Shown here in pieces: positions 1-10,559 of a stretch of 58,548 nucleotides of DNA. The DNA is taken from IMG/VR virus record IMGVR_UViG_3300010392_000784. One strand, given 5' to 3'. Both the position numbers and the translations under genes were made by a program. The notes below the pieces were generated by a model. It was given only the letters and a program-made list of their open reading frames with translations. It did not search any database and was not told the DNA's origin. This DNA comes from a virus. The stretch's first letter is position 1, and each line of letters opens with the position of its first letter.

Positions 1-127
1 ACAAGATCAGCGATCTTCTCGACGCCATTCGACGAGAGGATGGCGACGGTTCATTGACAGCAGCGGAGTGCAAGGCGGTCCTGAAAGCCCACGGCGAACA
101 ATGGCTGCGCAAGGTCTACCGAAAGCA
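1..127. repeat. Left copy of a 127-bp terminal direct repeat (identical to 58422..58548); the circular or terminally redundant genome was opened arbitrarily
   Basis: Bases 1-127 (acaagatcagcgatc...ctaccgaaagca) recur exactly as the last 127 bases of the window. Confidence 0.95.
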
Positions 128-179
128 CAAGCAGGCGATCCAGGACGCCGCCGGCCAAAACGACATCGACATCACCTGA
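1..179 (+). CDS. 3' part of the small wrap-around gene that starts at 58385 (hypothetical, 71 aa when joined)
   Basis: The frame continues from ATG 58385 through the repeat to TGA 177-179; mostly G/C-ending codons. Confidence 0.6.
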   Translation, partial: KISDLLDAIRREDGDGSLTAAECKAVLKAHGEQWLRKVYRKHKQAIQDAAGQNDIDIT

Positions 180-210
180 TTAATTCTCAACCTCACGGAG
201 ACACCAAGAC

Positions 211-423
211 ATGACCATCGAATCCGCCATCGAAACCAACGCAATCGTTCTGACCCGTGCCGTTGAGGCGCGTGACGCGGCGATCAAAGAGGGGCGACGC
301 TTGCAGGAGATCACCGCCAATATGCGATCAGAGATCGCTCAGAAGGACGCGAAGATCGCGGAGCTCGAAGCAAAACTCGCCGAGCGAATGGCGGGCTCCA
401 CCGAACCGGAGGACGCGGCATGA
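211..423 (+). CDS. Small coiled-coil protein, hypothetical (70 aa)
   Basis: GGAGA RBS upstream; G/C-ending codons; heptad-like ...IAQKDAKIAELEAKLAER. Confidence 0.7.
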   Translation: MTIESAIETNAIVLTRAVEARDAAIKEGRRLQEITANMRSEIAQKDAKIAELEAKLAERMAGSTEPEDAA

Positions 424-833
424 CCGCCAACAGCGAGAAGATCATCGGCATGAACGGCGCGGCCGGCGCCAAGCCTCAGCCTCAGCAGCCGCAGCTTTCC
501 GACTGGCAGCGGGAGATCATCGCCGAACTGGGAATGATCGCCGAGAAGGTGGCCGCCGACGAGCTGTTCTGCCTGTCCTTCTACGCGGTGAGCAAGTCCG
601 GCGGCGTGAAGCGCAAGAACGTCCACGACGGTACGATCTTCGGCAAGGCGCTTCTGCACGACGGTCTCCACCGGCAGGCGCTCGAGGTCGGCACGTCGCT
701 CGAGCGCGAGGACGCCATTGCCCGCAGCCAGGCCATGAAGGCGCACCAGCAGTCCGGCGCCGCCGGCGGTGCGAGGGACGAACAGGAGGCCAAGGCCAAT
801 GCAAACGATCGCCCCGCAGACGTCCCTGCTTGA
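420..833 (+). CDS. Hypothetical protein (137 aa)
   Basis: ATGA overlap with the upstream gene; strongly G/C-ending codons. Confidence 0.7.
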   Translation: MTANSEKIIGMNGAAGAKPQPQQPQLSDWQREIIAELGMIAEKVAADELFCLSFYAVSKSGGVKRKNVHDGTIFGKALLHDGLHRQALEVGTSLEREDAIARSQAMKAHQQSGAAGGARDEQEAKANANDRPADVPA

Positions 834-1266
834 CGGCGACCCGATCCCGCTCGGGACCTTCGGCAAGGACCGCGCCGGCACACAGGCCGAGTTCGCCTAC
901 CAGCCATCCGGCATGCACCCTGGCGAGGAGTTCCGCGCACAGAGCGCCGACATGGCGATGGTCCACGAGATCGGCCGGATCCTCGGCGACCTGTATCCGG
1001 ATCACCTGTTCGGCGTTCTGGTCAGCCACCGGCAAGGCGTCATCCAGCTCAAGCTGCCGATGTTCACGGCCTATTCCTGGATCATCCACACTCGGAACGT
1101 GACAAGTCCCAACGATCTGTGGAAAAAGGTGATGCGCGGCGCCGGCGAATTCCTCGAGCGATACGGCCAGCCGCGGGCGCGGTTCGACCCAGACGCCTTC
1201 GAGGAAACGATAAAGAAGCTCGGGCCGCGCCCGAAGATGGTGCATCCGGATAAGGTGATCCTCTGA
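799..1266 (+). CDS. Hypothetical protein (155 aa; alternative start 769)
   Basis: AGGAGG lies 11 nt upstream of ATG 799; the ORF ends one base before the portal ATG. Confidence 0.65.
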   Translation: MQTIAPQTSLLDGDPIPLGTFGKDRAGTQAEFAYQPSGMHPGEEFRAQSADMAMVHEIGRILGDLYPDHLFGVLVSHRQGVIQLKLPMFTAYSWIIHTRNVTSPNDLWKKVMRGAGEFLERYGQPRARFDPDAFEETIKKLGPRPKMVHPDKVIL

Positions 1267-3425
1267 TGGCCGTGAAATGGGACTGGGACACCAGGAGTAA
1301 CAAGGAAGCGCAGGGCAACGGCGCCGACTCCATCGGCACGCCTGCGATGGGCGCCGACGGCGATCCGGACTGGCTTGCCACGGCGCGCGAGGCTGTCGAA
1401 GCGTCCGAGACCTTCATTTCGTCCTATCTGCGCGCCCGCTGGTCCCGGTCCTATCGGGCCTTCCAGTCCAAGCACTCGGAAACCAGCAAGTACCTGACGA
1501 AGCGCTACCGTGGCCGGTCGTCGCTGTTCCGCCCGAAGACGCGCGGCGCGGTGCGCAAGGCCGACGCCCAGGTCGGCGCCGCGTTCTTCTCGACCCATGA
1601 CATCGTTCAGATGACGGCGGAGAACGACGCCGACCCGATCCAGTTGCAGGGAGCGAAGCTGCAGCACGAGCTCCTGAACCTCCGCCTCGATCGCGCCAAC
1701 ACCGAATACGGCATCCCGTGGTTTCTGACGGTGATCGGCGCGCACCAGGACGCAAAGATCACCGGCATCTGCTGTTCGAAGCAGGAATGGCTCTACGAGG
1801 AAGAGATCACCGGCTATGAAAAAATGGAGGTCGTCGACGAGGAGACCGGCGAGACCTTCGAGGAAGATCAGCCGATCACCCGCCGCAAGGTCTCGCGGCC
1901 GAACGTGCGGCTGTTCCCGGCCGAGTGCGTGCTGCGCGACCCGGCGGCCGACTGGATCGACCAGGCGCAGAATTCCTCGTACGTGATCCTGAAATACCCG
2001 ATGAGCGCCGGCGACGTGCGCGCGCGGATGGACCAGGACAACCCGATCGGTCAGAACTGGAAGCCGTTCAGCGAAGCCCAGATCCGTCAGGCGGCGATCA
2101 ACCAGGACAACAGCCAGGTCCGCCGCAGCCGCGAGAGCAGCGGCGCCGACCGGATGGAGAGTGTTTTCACCACGGTTCCCGATTTCGAGACGGTGTGGGT
2201 GCATGAGAACTTCATCCGCTGGCGTGGCCGCGACATGCATTTCTGGACGCTCGGCACCGAGCACATGTTGACCGACCCGATCCCCGTCAGCGAAGCCTAT
2301 CCTGAGCAGAAGGGCCGCCGTCCCATCGTCATCGGCTACGGCCAGGTCGAGGCCCACAAGGTCGACCCGCAGAGCCAGGTGGAGTCGCTGGGGCCACTAC
2401 AGGCCGAGGCCAACGAGATCGTCAACCTGCGGCTGGACAATCTCAAGCAGAACATGTCGCCGGTCGCCAAGGTGAAGCGCGGCGCCCAGGTCGATACGAG
2501 GCAGTTGCAGAACCGGTCGGCCGACAGTGTGATCCTCCTGAACAAGCTCGACGACGTGGAATGGGACAAGCCGCCCGACGTCAGCCAATCGGCCTACGCC
2601 GAGATGAACATGCTGAATGTCGACATGGACGACATTGCCGGCGTGTTCTCGGCCGGATCGGTGCAGACCAACCGCCAGCTCAACGAGACCGTCGGCGGGC
2701 TCAACCTGCTCAACTCGTCCGCCAATACCATGGGCGAGTTCGATATCCGCGTCCTCAACGAGACGTGGATGGAGCCGGTTCTCCGCCAGCTCGCCAACCT
2801 GAACGCCTACTACGAGACCGACGAGATGATCCTCTCGATCGCCGGCCGCCGCGCCGGGGTCTGGGACCAGTACATCGCCGGGATGGAAGACGAGGCCGAT
2901 GGGTTCCTGATGCAGAACGTGCAGCTCCGGGTCGATGCCGGCATGGGCGCATCCGATCCGATGCAGCGGATCCAGAAGCTTCAACTTGGCGCGCAGGCTC
3001 TGGCGCTGATGCTCGGCCAGGAGGTCGTGCAGGGTTCCGCGCAGAAGGAGGCGCTTGTCGAGGAGGTGTTCGGCATCCTTGGCTACAAGGACGGCAAGCG
3101 GTTCTTCGACCCGGACAAGCAGGATCCGCGCCTGATGGCGATGCAGCAGCAGTTGCAGGCCGCTGCCGAGCAGATCAAGAAGCTTGAGACGGAGCTCGCC
3201 GACGGCCAGGCCGACCGCGAGAACGATATGGCGCTCCAGCGCGCCAAGTCGGCCACCGCGTTGATCGAGGGGCTGTTGCAGACCGAGCGCGACGAAATCC
3301 GGGCCGATACCCAGATCGGGCAGCACCTCCTGAGCTACGGCACCGCGCGGCGCGGACAGGACATGCAGGACGCCGCGCGCCGTGAGCAGGCCGAACGCGC
3401 CGCGAAAGCCCCGAGGCTTACGTGA
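1266..3425 (+). CDS. Portal protein (putative)
   Basis: 719-aa ORF directly upstream of the scaffold-like and capsid genes, with a C-terminal coiled-coil tail; assigned by size and position, not by a diagnostic motif. Confidence 0.6.
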   Translation: MAVKWDWDTRSNKEAQGNGADSIGTPAMGADGDPDWLATAREAVEASETFISSYLRARWSRSYRAFQSKHSETSKYLTKRYRGRSSLFRPKTRGAVRKADAQVGAAFFSTHDIVQMTAENDADPIQLQGAKLQHELLNLRLDRANTEYGIPWFLTVIGAHQDAKITGICCSKQEWLYEEEITGYEKMEVVDEETGETFEEDQPITRRKVSRPNVRLFPAECVLRDPAADWIDQAQNSSYVILKYPMSAGDVRARMDQDNPIGQNWKPFSEAQIRQAAINQDNSQVRRSRESSGADRMESVFTTVPDFETVWVHENFIRWRGRDMHFWTLGTEHMLTDPIPVSEAYPEQKGRRPIVIGYGQVEAHKVDPQSQVESLGPLQAEANEIVNLRLDNLKQNMSPVAKVKRGAQVDTRQLQNRSADSVILLNKLDDVEWDKPPDVSQSAYAEMNMLNVDMDDIAGVFSAGSVQTNRQLNETVGGLNLLNSSANTMGEFDIRVLNETWMEPVLRQLANLNAYYETDEMILSIAGRRAGVWDQYIAGMEDEADGFLMQNVQLRVDAGMGASDPMQRIQKLQLGAQALALMLGQEVVQGSAQKEALVEEVFGILGYKDGKRFFDPDKQDPRLMAMQQQLQAAAEQIKKLETELADGQADRENDMALQRAKSATALIEGLLQTERDEIRADTQIGQHLLSYGTARRGQDMQDAARREQAERAAKAPRLT

Positions 3426-3901
3426 CAGACGAAACGGCCGCGCCCCCTCCCACCGATCGCCTTGCCGAATACCGGGCGAGTTCGCTTCGCCGCACGATGA
3501 CCGACGCCGAGGGACTGGAATTCGACCCGGAAATGGCCGAACAGCTTTTTCACGAGGTTGCCGTCGGCGTGGCGATCAGCGAGGAACTGTTCAACGCCCA
3601 GCCGGCAGTTGTGCGGGAGCTCATGGCCCGCGCCGCGGACGATGCAGCGAAGGCGGTCACCAAACTGATCGACGCCGATCTAAACTCGCCGGAAGGCATC
3701 GACTACGCCAAAGGTTTGCAAAATTTGGCCACTCGTTATAGAGATATGGTCAAATGGCTCTCAGAAGCCATGAACGTGGGCCAGAATGCCGAAGCACAAT
3801 TGAGGGAATACGACGCCACGCTTTCTCCAGGAGACGCCGCAATGTTCGGCATCGATGGAGACGAATCGGATGGCGAAAGCGCCCACGAAGACAGCGACTG
3901 A
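3422..3901 (+). CDS. Acidic hypothetical protein (159 aa), head-assembly region
   Basis: GTG start overlapping the portal stop (GTGA); G/C-ending codons; very acidic C-terminus. Confidence 0.6.
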   Translation: MTDETAAPPPTDRLAEYRASSLRRTMTDAEGLEFDPEMAEQLFHEVAVGVAISEELFNAQPAVVRELMARAADDAAKAVTKLIDADLNSPEGIDYAKGLQNLATRYRDMVKWLSEAMNVGQNAEAQLREYDATLSPGDAAMFGIDGDESDGESAHEDSD

Positions 3902-5258
3902 AGAGACGGCCACCCCGGTCGACGGCGACACCGGCGTCGATGAACTGTCGCACGAAGAACTCTCCGACATCGCACGCGAACTGAACGCCGGCCGCGACCC
4001 GACCGCGCCGGCCGCCCGGGATGAAGCCCGTGAGGCGGCCGAAGAAGAGGCGGCGCGCCCCGCGCGCCCCGGCGACAAGCGCGACGAGATTTCCAGCCGT
4101 ATCGCGGCCAAGCGCCGCGACGAAATGATCCCGAACGCTGGCATCGGCCCGAAGGGTGACAGCAGCACGGACGACGGCGAGGCCGATGGCGACGTCAGCC
4201 TGGTCTCCGAAAAGCTCTACTACGGCGATTTCGGCCGCAAGGACACCGACATCACCGGACAGGCGATCGAGCCCAAGGCCTCCGACAAGGAAGAGCCGGC
4301 CGACGCCGCCGATGGACAGAACGAGCCCGGCGAGCCGGCCGTCGACCTGAAGTCGAAGGTCAAGCTCACCGTGGATGGCGAAGAGGTCGAGGTAACGATC
4401 GAGGATCTGGTGCGCGACGCCCAGAAGGATCGTGCCGCCGACCAGCGTCTGAGGGACGCCGCCGCCATCCTCCGCGAGGCTCAAATCAGTGTAGCGGGGG
4501 CGCCGCCGGCTACCCCCGACACGACCGCTGCCGGTACCGGACCGGACGCATCGCCCACGAAGACGATCAGCGAGCCAGGGCTCGACGAAATCGACTTTGC
4601 GGCGATCGCCGAGGCAATCCAGGTAGGCGAAGTGGAAGACGGGGCCAAGGCCCTCAAGGATCTTTTGGAGCAGGCGAGCAGGGCTCGTAAGGACGACGCT
4701 GCCCCGATCGATCCCGCCGCTATCGTGCAGCAGGTGACGGCACAGGTTGCCGACAACAACGCGTCCAATCAGGCCCGCGAGCAATTCGCGCAGAACTACC
4801 CGGAGATCGTCGAGAACGAGCGCTTGGGAAGAATGTCGGTCGATTTCGCCGTCGAGGCGATGGTCGACGACTTCCGCAAGGCCGGAGCCGACGATGTGAT
4901 GATCGAGCACGCCCGCAGCCACCCGCGCGACGCGGTGGAGGCACACAAGCGTCTCAGGACATCCGGGCTGTTTCCCGACCTTCGATCCCCCCACGACATC
5001 TATGACTACGCCGGTCGCAAGACCCGCGAGTTCATCGAGGACCTGACGGGCAAGAAGTTCGGCGCGACCCCGGGCCAGACGACAGCAACCGCCCCAGGCG
5101 TGCAGCCTTCGCCTCCTCCGCGAAGCCAGCGTGTCAGGGCAGCGCAACAGAGTCCCGCGGCGCGACAAACCGTCCAGCAACGGCCACAGGCTTCGAGCCG
5201 GCCCCTGACGGCGTCCGAACGCATCGAGAAAATCAAGGCGGCTCGCGGTCAGGACTGA
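3870..5258 (+). CDS. Scaffolding-like protein (acidic, low complexity; alternative start 3855)
   Basis: GGAGA lies 8 nt before ATG 3870; E/D/A-rich 462-aa product between portal and capsid. Confidence 0.5.
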   Translation: MAKAPTKTATEETATPVDGDTGVDELSHEELSDIARELNAGRDPTAPAARDEAREAAEEEAARPARPGDKRDEISSRIAAKRRDEMIPNAGIGPKGDSSTDDGEADGDVSLVSEKLYYGDFGRKDTDITGQAIEPKASDKEEPADAADGQNEPGEPAVDLKSKVKLTVDGEEVEVTIEDLVRDAQKDRAADQRLRDAAAILREAQISVAGAPPATPDTTAAGTGPDASPTKTISEPGLDEIDFAAIAEAIQVGEVEDGAKALKDLLEQASRARKDDAAPIDPAAIVQQVTAQVADNNASNQAREQFAQNYPEIVENERLGRMSVDFAVEAMVDDFRKAGADDVMIEHARSHPRDAVEAHKRLRTSGLFPDLRSPHDIYDYAGRKTREFIEDLTGKKFGATPGQTTATAPGVQPSPPPRSQRVRAAQQSPAARQTVQQRPQASSRPLTASERIEKIKAARGQD

Positions 5259-5294
5259 CCGGCCCTCGGGGACGAGAACTCAAGGAAAACTGCC

Positions 5295-6284
5295 ATGACT
5301 GGCCAGCTTTGGTCTGTCCCAGCTTCCGGCGGGTATCTCTATTCCGACGAATTGTCCGAAACGCTTCGCATCAAGGTTCAGCCCTTGACGAAGTTCAGGC
5401 AGTTCGCCGATGCAGAGGACGGCTCGGAGAAGGGACTCCACCGCGGCGCCACGTTCTACTGGGACGTGGTCTCCGACGTGGGCACCCAGGGGCACAAGCT
5501 CAACGAAAACGAGCCGATGCCCGAAACCAACTTCACGATCACCCAGCACAGCCTGACGGTGACGGAGTTCGGCAACTCGGTCCCCTATACCGGGAAGCTC
5601 GACGCCCTCGCCAAGAAGGACGTGGCCTCGACGATCGACAAGTCCCTCAAGCACGATGCCCGGAAATCGTTCGACTACGAGTCCTGGTATCAGTTCGACC
5701 AGACGCCGTTCCGCTGTGTCGGCACGGCGGCGCACACGATCACCTTCTACGAGACGGCCGCGTCGGTGACCGCCGACAACAACGCCGCCCTCGACAACGA
5801 TCACGTGAAGGCGATCTCGGACGAGATGAAGGAGCGGAACATCCCGCCCTACGGGTCGACGGACGACTATTACGCGATCTCGCATCCGTCGACTTACCGG
5901 TCCTTCAAGAACGACCTCGAGGACATCTACAAGTACACCGGCGAAGGCCTGGGGATGATCATGTACGGCGAGGTGGGTCGATACGAATCGATCCGCTTCA
6001 TCGAGCAGAACTTCATCCCGAAGGGCGGCGCCAAAGACTCGACGACCTTCAACGCGCTGACCGGCACGGCCGACGCGTGGGACAACGGCAAGTCGAGCTG
6101 GGCGTATTTCTTCGGCGGCGACACGATCACCGAGGCGATCTGCATCCCGGAGGAAATCCGGGCGAAGATCCCCGGCGACTACGGTCGCTCCCGCGGCATC
6201 GCCTGGTACTACCTCGGCGGCTTCGCCCTCGTGCATCCGGTGATCGCCAACGCGCGCGTCCTGAAGTGGGACAGCGCCTCGTAA
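5295..6284 (+). CDS. Major capsid protein, HK97-fold type
   Basis: 329 aa; AAGGAAAA RBS; the sequence resembles HK97-type capsid proteins (recollection); canonical position after the scaffold. Confidence 0.75.
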   Translation: MTGQLWSVPASGGYLYSDELSETLRIKVQPLTKFRQFADAEDGSEKGLHRGATFYWDVVSDVGTQGHKLNENEPMPETNFTITQHSLTVTEFGNSVPYTGKLDALAKKDVASTIDKSLKHDARKSFDYESWYQFDQTPFRCVGTAAHTITFYETAASVTADNNAALDNDHVKAISDEMKERNIPPYGSTDDYYAISHPSTYRSFKNDLEDIYKYTGEGLGMIMYGEVGRYESIRFIEQNFIPKGGAKDSTTFNALTGTADAWDNGKSSWAYFFGGDTITEAICIPEEIRAKIPGDYGRSRGIAWYYLGGFALVHPVIANARVLKWDSAS

Positions 6285-6312
6285 TCGCCGGCCCAGACAA
6301 ACGGAGAGAACC

Positions 6313-6717
6313 ATGAGCTACGACGCAAAGGTGCCGATCACCTACTCGGTCGGCGAAATCGACATCGGCGACGCCCCCGAGGTGTTTTCGATCCAGGGTC
6401 CGTCCGGCGCTGCCGGCATCCTGCTCGAAGTCAGCCTCTCGGCGACGGAAACCTTCACCGCCACGACTACGCCGGGCTATGTCCGTATCGGCACGGCGGC
6501 GGATCCCGACGCCAATTTCGAAATGAGCTGCGCAACGACGGCGGACACGGATTCCATCGCCGCGGCTTCCACCGACTACATCGATCGCGTGATCGCGGCC
6601 GATACCCAGGTCGAGGTGACGACCGTGGCTCCGACCGGCGGCACCCCCGCCGGCAAGGGCTGGATCTTCATCACGATCCTCTGGGACAAGCCGTATCCGA
6701 AGCACGACTTCAACTGA
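6313..6717 (+). CDS. Head-associated hypothetical protein (134 aa), possible decoration protein
   Basis: GGAGAGAA RBS; beta-rich T/A/S composition; immediately after the capsid gene. Confidence 0.6.
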   Translation: MSYDAKVPITYSVGEIDIGDAPEVFSIQGPSGAAGILLEVSLSATETFTATTTPGYVRIGTAADPDANFEMSCATTADTDSIAAASTDYIDRVIAADTQVEVTTVAPTGGTPAGKGWIFITILWDKPYPKHDFN

Positions 6718-6805
6718 TGGTACGGTGACGAATAGGTTGGCCGACGGTGCCGAATGACCCCGCCGGCCGCCACTCCCCCGCAACCCCGGACAGGAGCAAA
6801 ATCCG

Positions 6806-7033
6806 ATGGGTGAACGCGACATGGACCTGCGCTGCGATATCGAAAACCTCCGCGAGGTGGAGCGCATCCCCGCAAAGGATGGCAATCTGGCGCATGACGG
6901 CTACGAAACGCTCGATCGCGCCCAGGGTAGCCGGCAGCGACGCGGGGTCGGCGGCGACACCGACGACGACCGGTATGGCGGCCTGATGGCCTACCCCGGC
7001 CGGTCGAAAAGCTACCGCCCGATGGGCCGGTAG
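6806..7033 (+). CDS. Hypothetical protein (75 aa)
   Basis: AGGAGC RBS; G/C-ending codons. Confidence 0.55.
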   Translation: MGERDMDLRCDIENLREVERIPAKDGNLAHDGYETLDRAQGSRQRRGVGGDTDDDRYGGLMAYPGRSKSYRPMGR

Positions 7034-7076
7034 CGAAACTCTGAACCTCAACCCCTGAACCTGAAGGACCAACCCC

Positions 7077-7283
7077 ATGAGGAACATGCCCGGATCCGCG
7101 AAGAAAAATCACGGAATGACCAGCGAGAAGGTGCCCAGCGGCACCGTCAAGCAGGCCTACGGCAAGGACTCGTCCGATGTCACGATGGGCGGCGAGCGCG
7201 GCGGCTCGATGGGCGGCGGCGAGAGCAACCTCTCCCATTCGCTCAGCGGCGCCAAGGCCAAGCAGCGCATCGGCAACGGCTGA
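7077..7283 (+). CDS. Small Gly/Ser/Lys-rich protein (68 aa)
   Basis: G/C-ending codons throughout; weak GAAGGA RBS. Confidence 0.5.
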   Translation: MRNMPGSAKKNHGMTSEKVPSGTVKQAYGKDSSDVTMGGERGGSMGGGESNLSHSLSGAKAKQRIGNG

Positions 7284-7338
7284 CGCCAGTCCATCCTGCC
7301 CGAACACACACACGAACCCCAGCGAGGCCTCTACCGTC

Positions 7339-8082
7339 ATGGACCATCAGATGACCACCGACACCCAGCCCCCGGCGCCGACCGACGGTCCCGCGCCGCC
7401 CTCGCCGGACGACAACGAAGTGGCGGCGGACGCGAGCAACGACGCCGCGCCCGCCACCCGCCGCGCGCCCGACGTCTTCGGCCTGCTCAGCGCGATGCAT
7501 GAGCAACTGAAGACGATGCAGCGCGAGATCAACATCCTCAAGGCATCCCGGACCGAGGATGAAGCGGTCCACGCCGCGGTATCGCCCCGCGCCCAGGCCC
7601 AGCTTGGCGATGAGGCGGCCCCACCCCCGCCGCCGCGCCGGGAGCCCGGCGTTCCGTATTTCGATCCGACCCGCCCGCACGGAACGATCCGCAACCACCC
7701 GCAGGGCGCGTTCTTCGAACAGGACGGGTATTTCTTCAACGCCCAGAAGGAGTACATGCCGAAAATCCCGCGCCAGGTCTCCAAGGCGGCTCCGGCCGCG
7801 CCGGGTCCGGCGGCGACCGCCCGCAGCAACCTGGCTCTCGGGCAGCAGCCGTCGGCCGAGGGCAGCCCTCCCGCCGACAAGCGCGTCCGCACGCAGCAGA
7901 ACGGCATCGACCTTCAGAAATGGGCGGATGGCACCGAGAAGCACCTGTGGGCGAAGGCGAGGGTCGCCATTCGTGACGCCACCGGCACCCTCCCCGACAA
8001 TAAAGAGCACGGCCTCGACCTGCTCCGCGAACACGGCGTGATCGATCATGGCGATGACATGGACGAGTTTGACGGGAGCTAA
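7339..8082 (+). CDS. Hypothetical protein (247 aa), Pro/Ala-rich N-terminus
   Basis: Internal ATG of track ORF 7177..8082; the upstream extension overlaps the previous gene and reads as A/R/S filler. Confidence 0.55.
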   Translation: MDHQMTTDTQPPAPTDGPAPPSPDDNEVAADASNDAAPATRRAPDVFGLLSAMHEQLKTMQREINILKASRTEDEAVHAAVSPRAQAQLGDEAAPPPPPRREPGVPYFDPTRPHGTIRNHPQGAFFEQDGYFFNAQKEYMPKIPRQVSKAAPAAPGPAATARSNLALGQQPSAEGSPPADKRVRTQQNGIDLQKWADGTEKHLWAKARVAIRDATGTLPDNKEHGLDLLREHGVIDHGDDMDEFDGS

Positions 8083-8707
8083 GACGGTCACCGGCTCGAT
8101 CAAGAGCTGGGTCAACCATTCGTCCATCCCCGTCGAAGAGATCGTACCCGAAGCGGAGGCGTTGATTTTTCAGCGCCTCCGTTCGATCAAGATGCAGAAG
8201 CTCTCGAGCGGCACGCTGGCATCCGGGGACAGTTCCATCGACATTTCCGCGCTGCGCTTCCTGTCGCCGCGCATGCTCAAATTCTACGGCACCCACAGCT
8301 ACGCGCCGACCTTCTACCAGCTCGAGCTGTTCGAAGAGCAGCGGCTCTACGACGCCACGACCGCGCCGCCGACCCTGCTGGAAGGCTCGCCAACGTCCTT
8401 CACCCACGATCGCTCGACGATCTACTTCAACGTCAAGGCCAACGAGACCCACTATTACCGGCTCTGGTACTATGAACGCCCCGAGCCGCTGTCGGATTCG
8501 AACGACACCAACCTTCTGACCGACGACTACCCGCACATCCTGCGGCAGGCCTGCATGTCGCTCGCCTTCGAATACCGGAAGGACGAGGGACGATCGGACA
8601 AGGCCTTGCAGAAGATGGCCGCTTACATCGACCAGGCGATGGTCGAGAGCGACATGGCCTTCGAGGGCAGCGAATACCAGCTCTATTGGGAGCCGACTTA
8701 TGGCTGA
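8048..8707 (+). CDS. Virion structural protein, possible head-tail adaptor (219 aa)
   Basis: Position between the head genes and the tail genes; G/C-ending codons. Confidence 0.45.
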   Translation: MAMTWTSLTGAKTVTGSIKSWVNHSSIPVEEIVPEAEALIFQRLRSIKMQKLSSGTLASGDSSIDISALRFLSPRMLKFYGTHSYAPTFYQLELFEEQRLYDATTAPPTLLEGSPTSFTHDRSTIYFNVKANETHYYRLWYYERPEPLSDSNDTNLLTDDYPHILRQACMSLAFEYRKDEGRSDKALQKMAAYIDQAMVESDMAFEGSEYQLYWEPTYG

Positions 8708-10559
8708 CACCACCGAATCCAACCTCCAGATCGTCAACCAGGAAAACGGCGGCAACGACGGCACCTGGGGCGATATCGCGGACGCGAACTTCGCCAAGCT
8801 GGTGACGGCGATCACCGAAACGACGACGAAAACCGTTACCGGCGGCACCACGTCGCTGACCGATGACGAGCAGCGCGCCGCGGTGCTGATCTTCAACGGC
8901 ACCCTGACCTCGAACCAGATCATCAAGGTCAACGACACCGCCGAGAAATGGTGGTTCGTCAAGAACGACACGACCGGCTCCTACACCCTGACGGTCCAGA
9001 CCGACACCGGGACTGGCATCGCGGTGACGCAGGGCGACGTGAAGATCCTGCGCTCGGATGGGACCAACGTCATCGACCTGACGCTGTTCCTCGCCAAGAC
9101 CGACCTGTTCGACCTGGGCTATGTCGGCACCTTCACGGAGAACGGCGACGAAAACACGCTGACGGCCAGCGACACGAACTTCACCGGAACGCTCGCCGCG
9201 GGCCATAGGATCTCCGGCAAGGTGACCAATGCCAATACCAGCGATATGACGCTGGATTACAACTCGGCGGGCGCAGCCTCGATCGTCGACGGGCTTGGCG
9301 CCGAAATCCAGCCAGGGGTGGTCCCGGCCGGCGGATACCTGAAACTCGAGTTCGACGGCACGAACTGGGTATTGCTAAATGTCGCCGACCCGTTCAAGCA
9401 GAACACCGCGCCGAAGCTCTACGGCCCGCTCGATCCGAACGGCAACGATGTGGGCTGGGACAAGGGATCGGACATCGCGTCCGCTTCCGGGCCGACTGTT
9501 CCAACCGACGGCAACTTCTTCGTGGTCACCGGCACGACGGGGATTTCAAGCTTCACGGTCTCGGCGAACCGGCTGTTCGCGCTCTATTTCTCCGACGCAG
9601 TGACGCTGACGCATTCGACGAACACGCTGGAGCTGCCGGGCAATGTCGATTTCACCACGCGGGCCGGCGATCGCCTGCTGTGCTTCGCCGACGCGACCGA
9701 CAACGTGGTCGTGCTGCATGTCCAGCGCCAGGACCTGATCGTCAACGAGCGCAAGGGCGCCGATCTGGCCTCGGCTTCGACAATTTCTCCCGGGGACGAC
9801 GGCAATTTCTTCGACGTGACGGGAACGACGACGATCACGGCGATCGCGACAACCGGCATCATCGGAACCGAAATCACGCTGCAGTTCGATGGCGTTCTGA
9901 CGCTGACGCACCACGCGACCGACCTGATCCTGCCGACCGGTCTCGATATCACGACCCAGGCGGGCGACACTGCGATCTTCCGCGAATACGCCTCGGGCGA
10001 CTGGGTCTGTATTTCCTACCTGCGCGCCGACGGGACCGCGCTGGCCGTGAACTCGGCGATCGCCAGTTCGGTTGCCGATGTGACGATTTCCAACGGCAGC
10101 ACCTTTACCGAGGTGATGAGTGTGGATATTGCCGCCGGGGATTTCGGCTCAGGCGATATCTACCATTTCATCGTTCGCGGGTCGGTTCGTTCGAACAACA
10201 CAACCTCCGCCGATTTCCGTCTCAAGGTCGGCAGCGTGATCTGGCGCGACGGGCTCCGCAGCCTTGCCGGCGACGGCAATGAACAGCCATGGACCCTGGA
10301 ATTCGATTTGTTCTGCAAGGACGGCGTTTCAACCGACGCGCATATCAACGGCACCCTCATTTTTGCTTATACTGGCGCGCCACCGACCGGAGAAGGGCAG
10401 TCTGGGGCCGACCAGGTCGCCGTTGCGATACGAGGGTCCGTTTCTGACGATGTGTCGGCCGGCGTTACGGTTACGCTCGAGATCAACGACAATTACGGTG
10501 GGGGGGCTGGCCCGACGCGCACTGTGGATATGTACCGAGTTTCGAAGAGCCTTGGCTGA
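8700..10559 (+). CDS. Tail fibre/spike-like structural protein (619 aa)
   Basis: T/G/S/D-rich beta-type composition; the N-terminus NLQIVNQENGGNDGTWGDIADANFAKL resembles fibre N-termini (recollection). Confidence 0.5.
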   Translation: MADTTESNLQIVNQENGGNDGTWGDIADANFAKLVTAITETTTKTVTGGTTSLTDDEQRAAVLIFNGTLTSNQIIKVNDTAEKWWFVKNDTTGSYTLTVQTDTGTGIAVTQGDVKILRSDGTNVIDLTLFLAKTDLFDLGYVGTFTENGDENTLTASDTNFTGTLAAGHRISGKVTNANTSDMTLDYNSAGAASIVDGLGAEIQPGVVPAGGYLKLEFDGTNWVLLNVADPFKQNTAPKLYGPLDPNGNDVGWDKGSDIASASGPTVPTDGNFFVVTGTTGISSFTVSANRLFALYFSDAVTLTHSTNTLELPGNVDFTTRAGDRLLCFADATDNVVVLHVQRQDLIVNERKGADLASASTISPGDDGNFFDVTGTTTITAIATTGIIGTEITLQFDGVLTLTHHATDLILPTGLDITTQAGDTAIFREYASGDWVCISYLRADGTALAVNSAIASSVADVTISNGSTFTEVMSVDIAAGDFGSGDIYHFIVRGSVRSNNTTSADFRLKVGSVIWRDGLRSLAGDGNEQPWTLEFDLFCKDGVSTDAHINGTLIFAYTGAPPTGEGQSGADQVAVAIRGSVSDDVSAGVTVTLEINDNYGGGAGPTRTVDMYRVSKSLG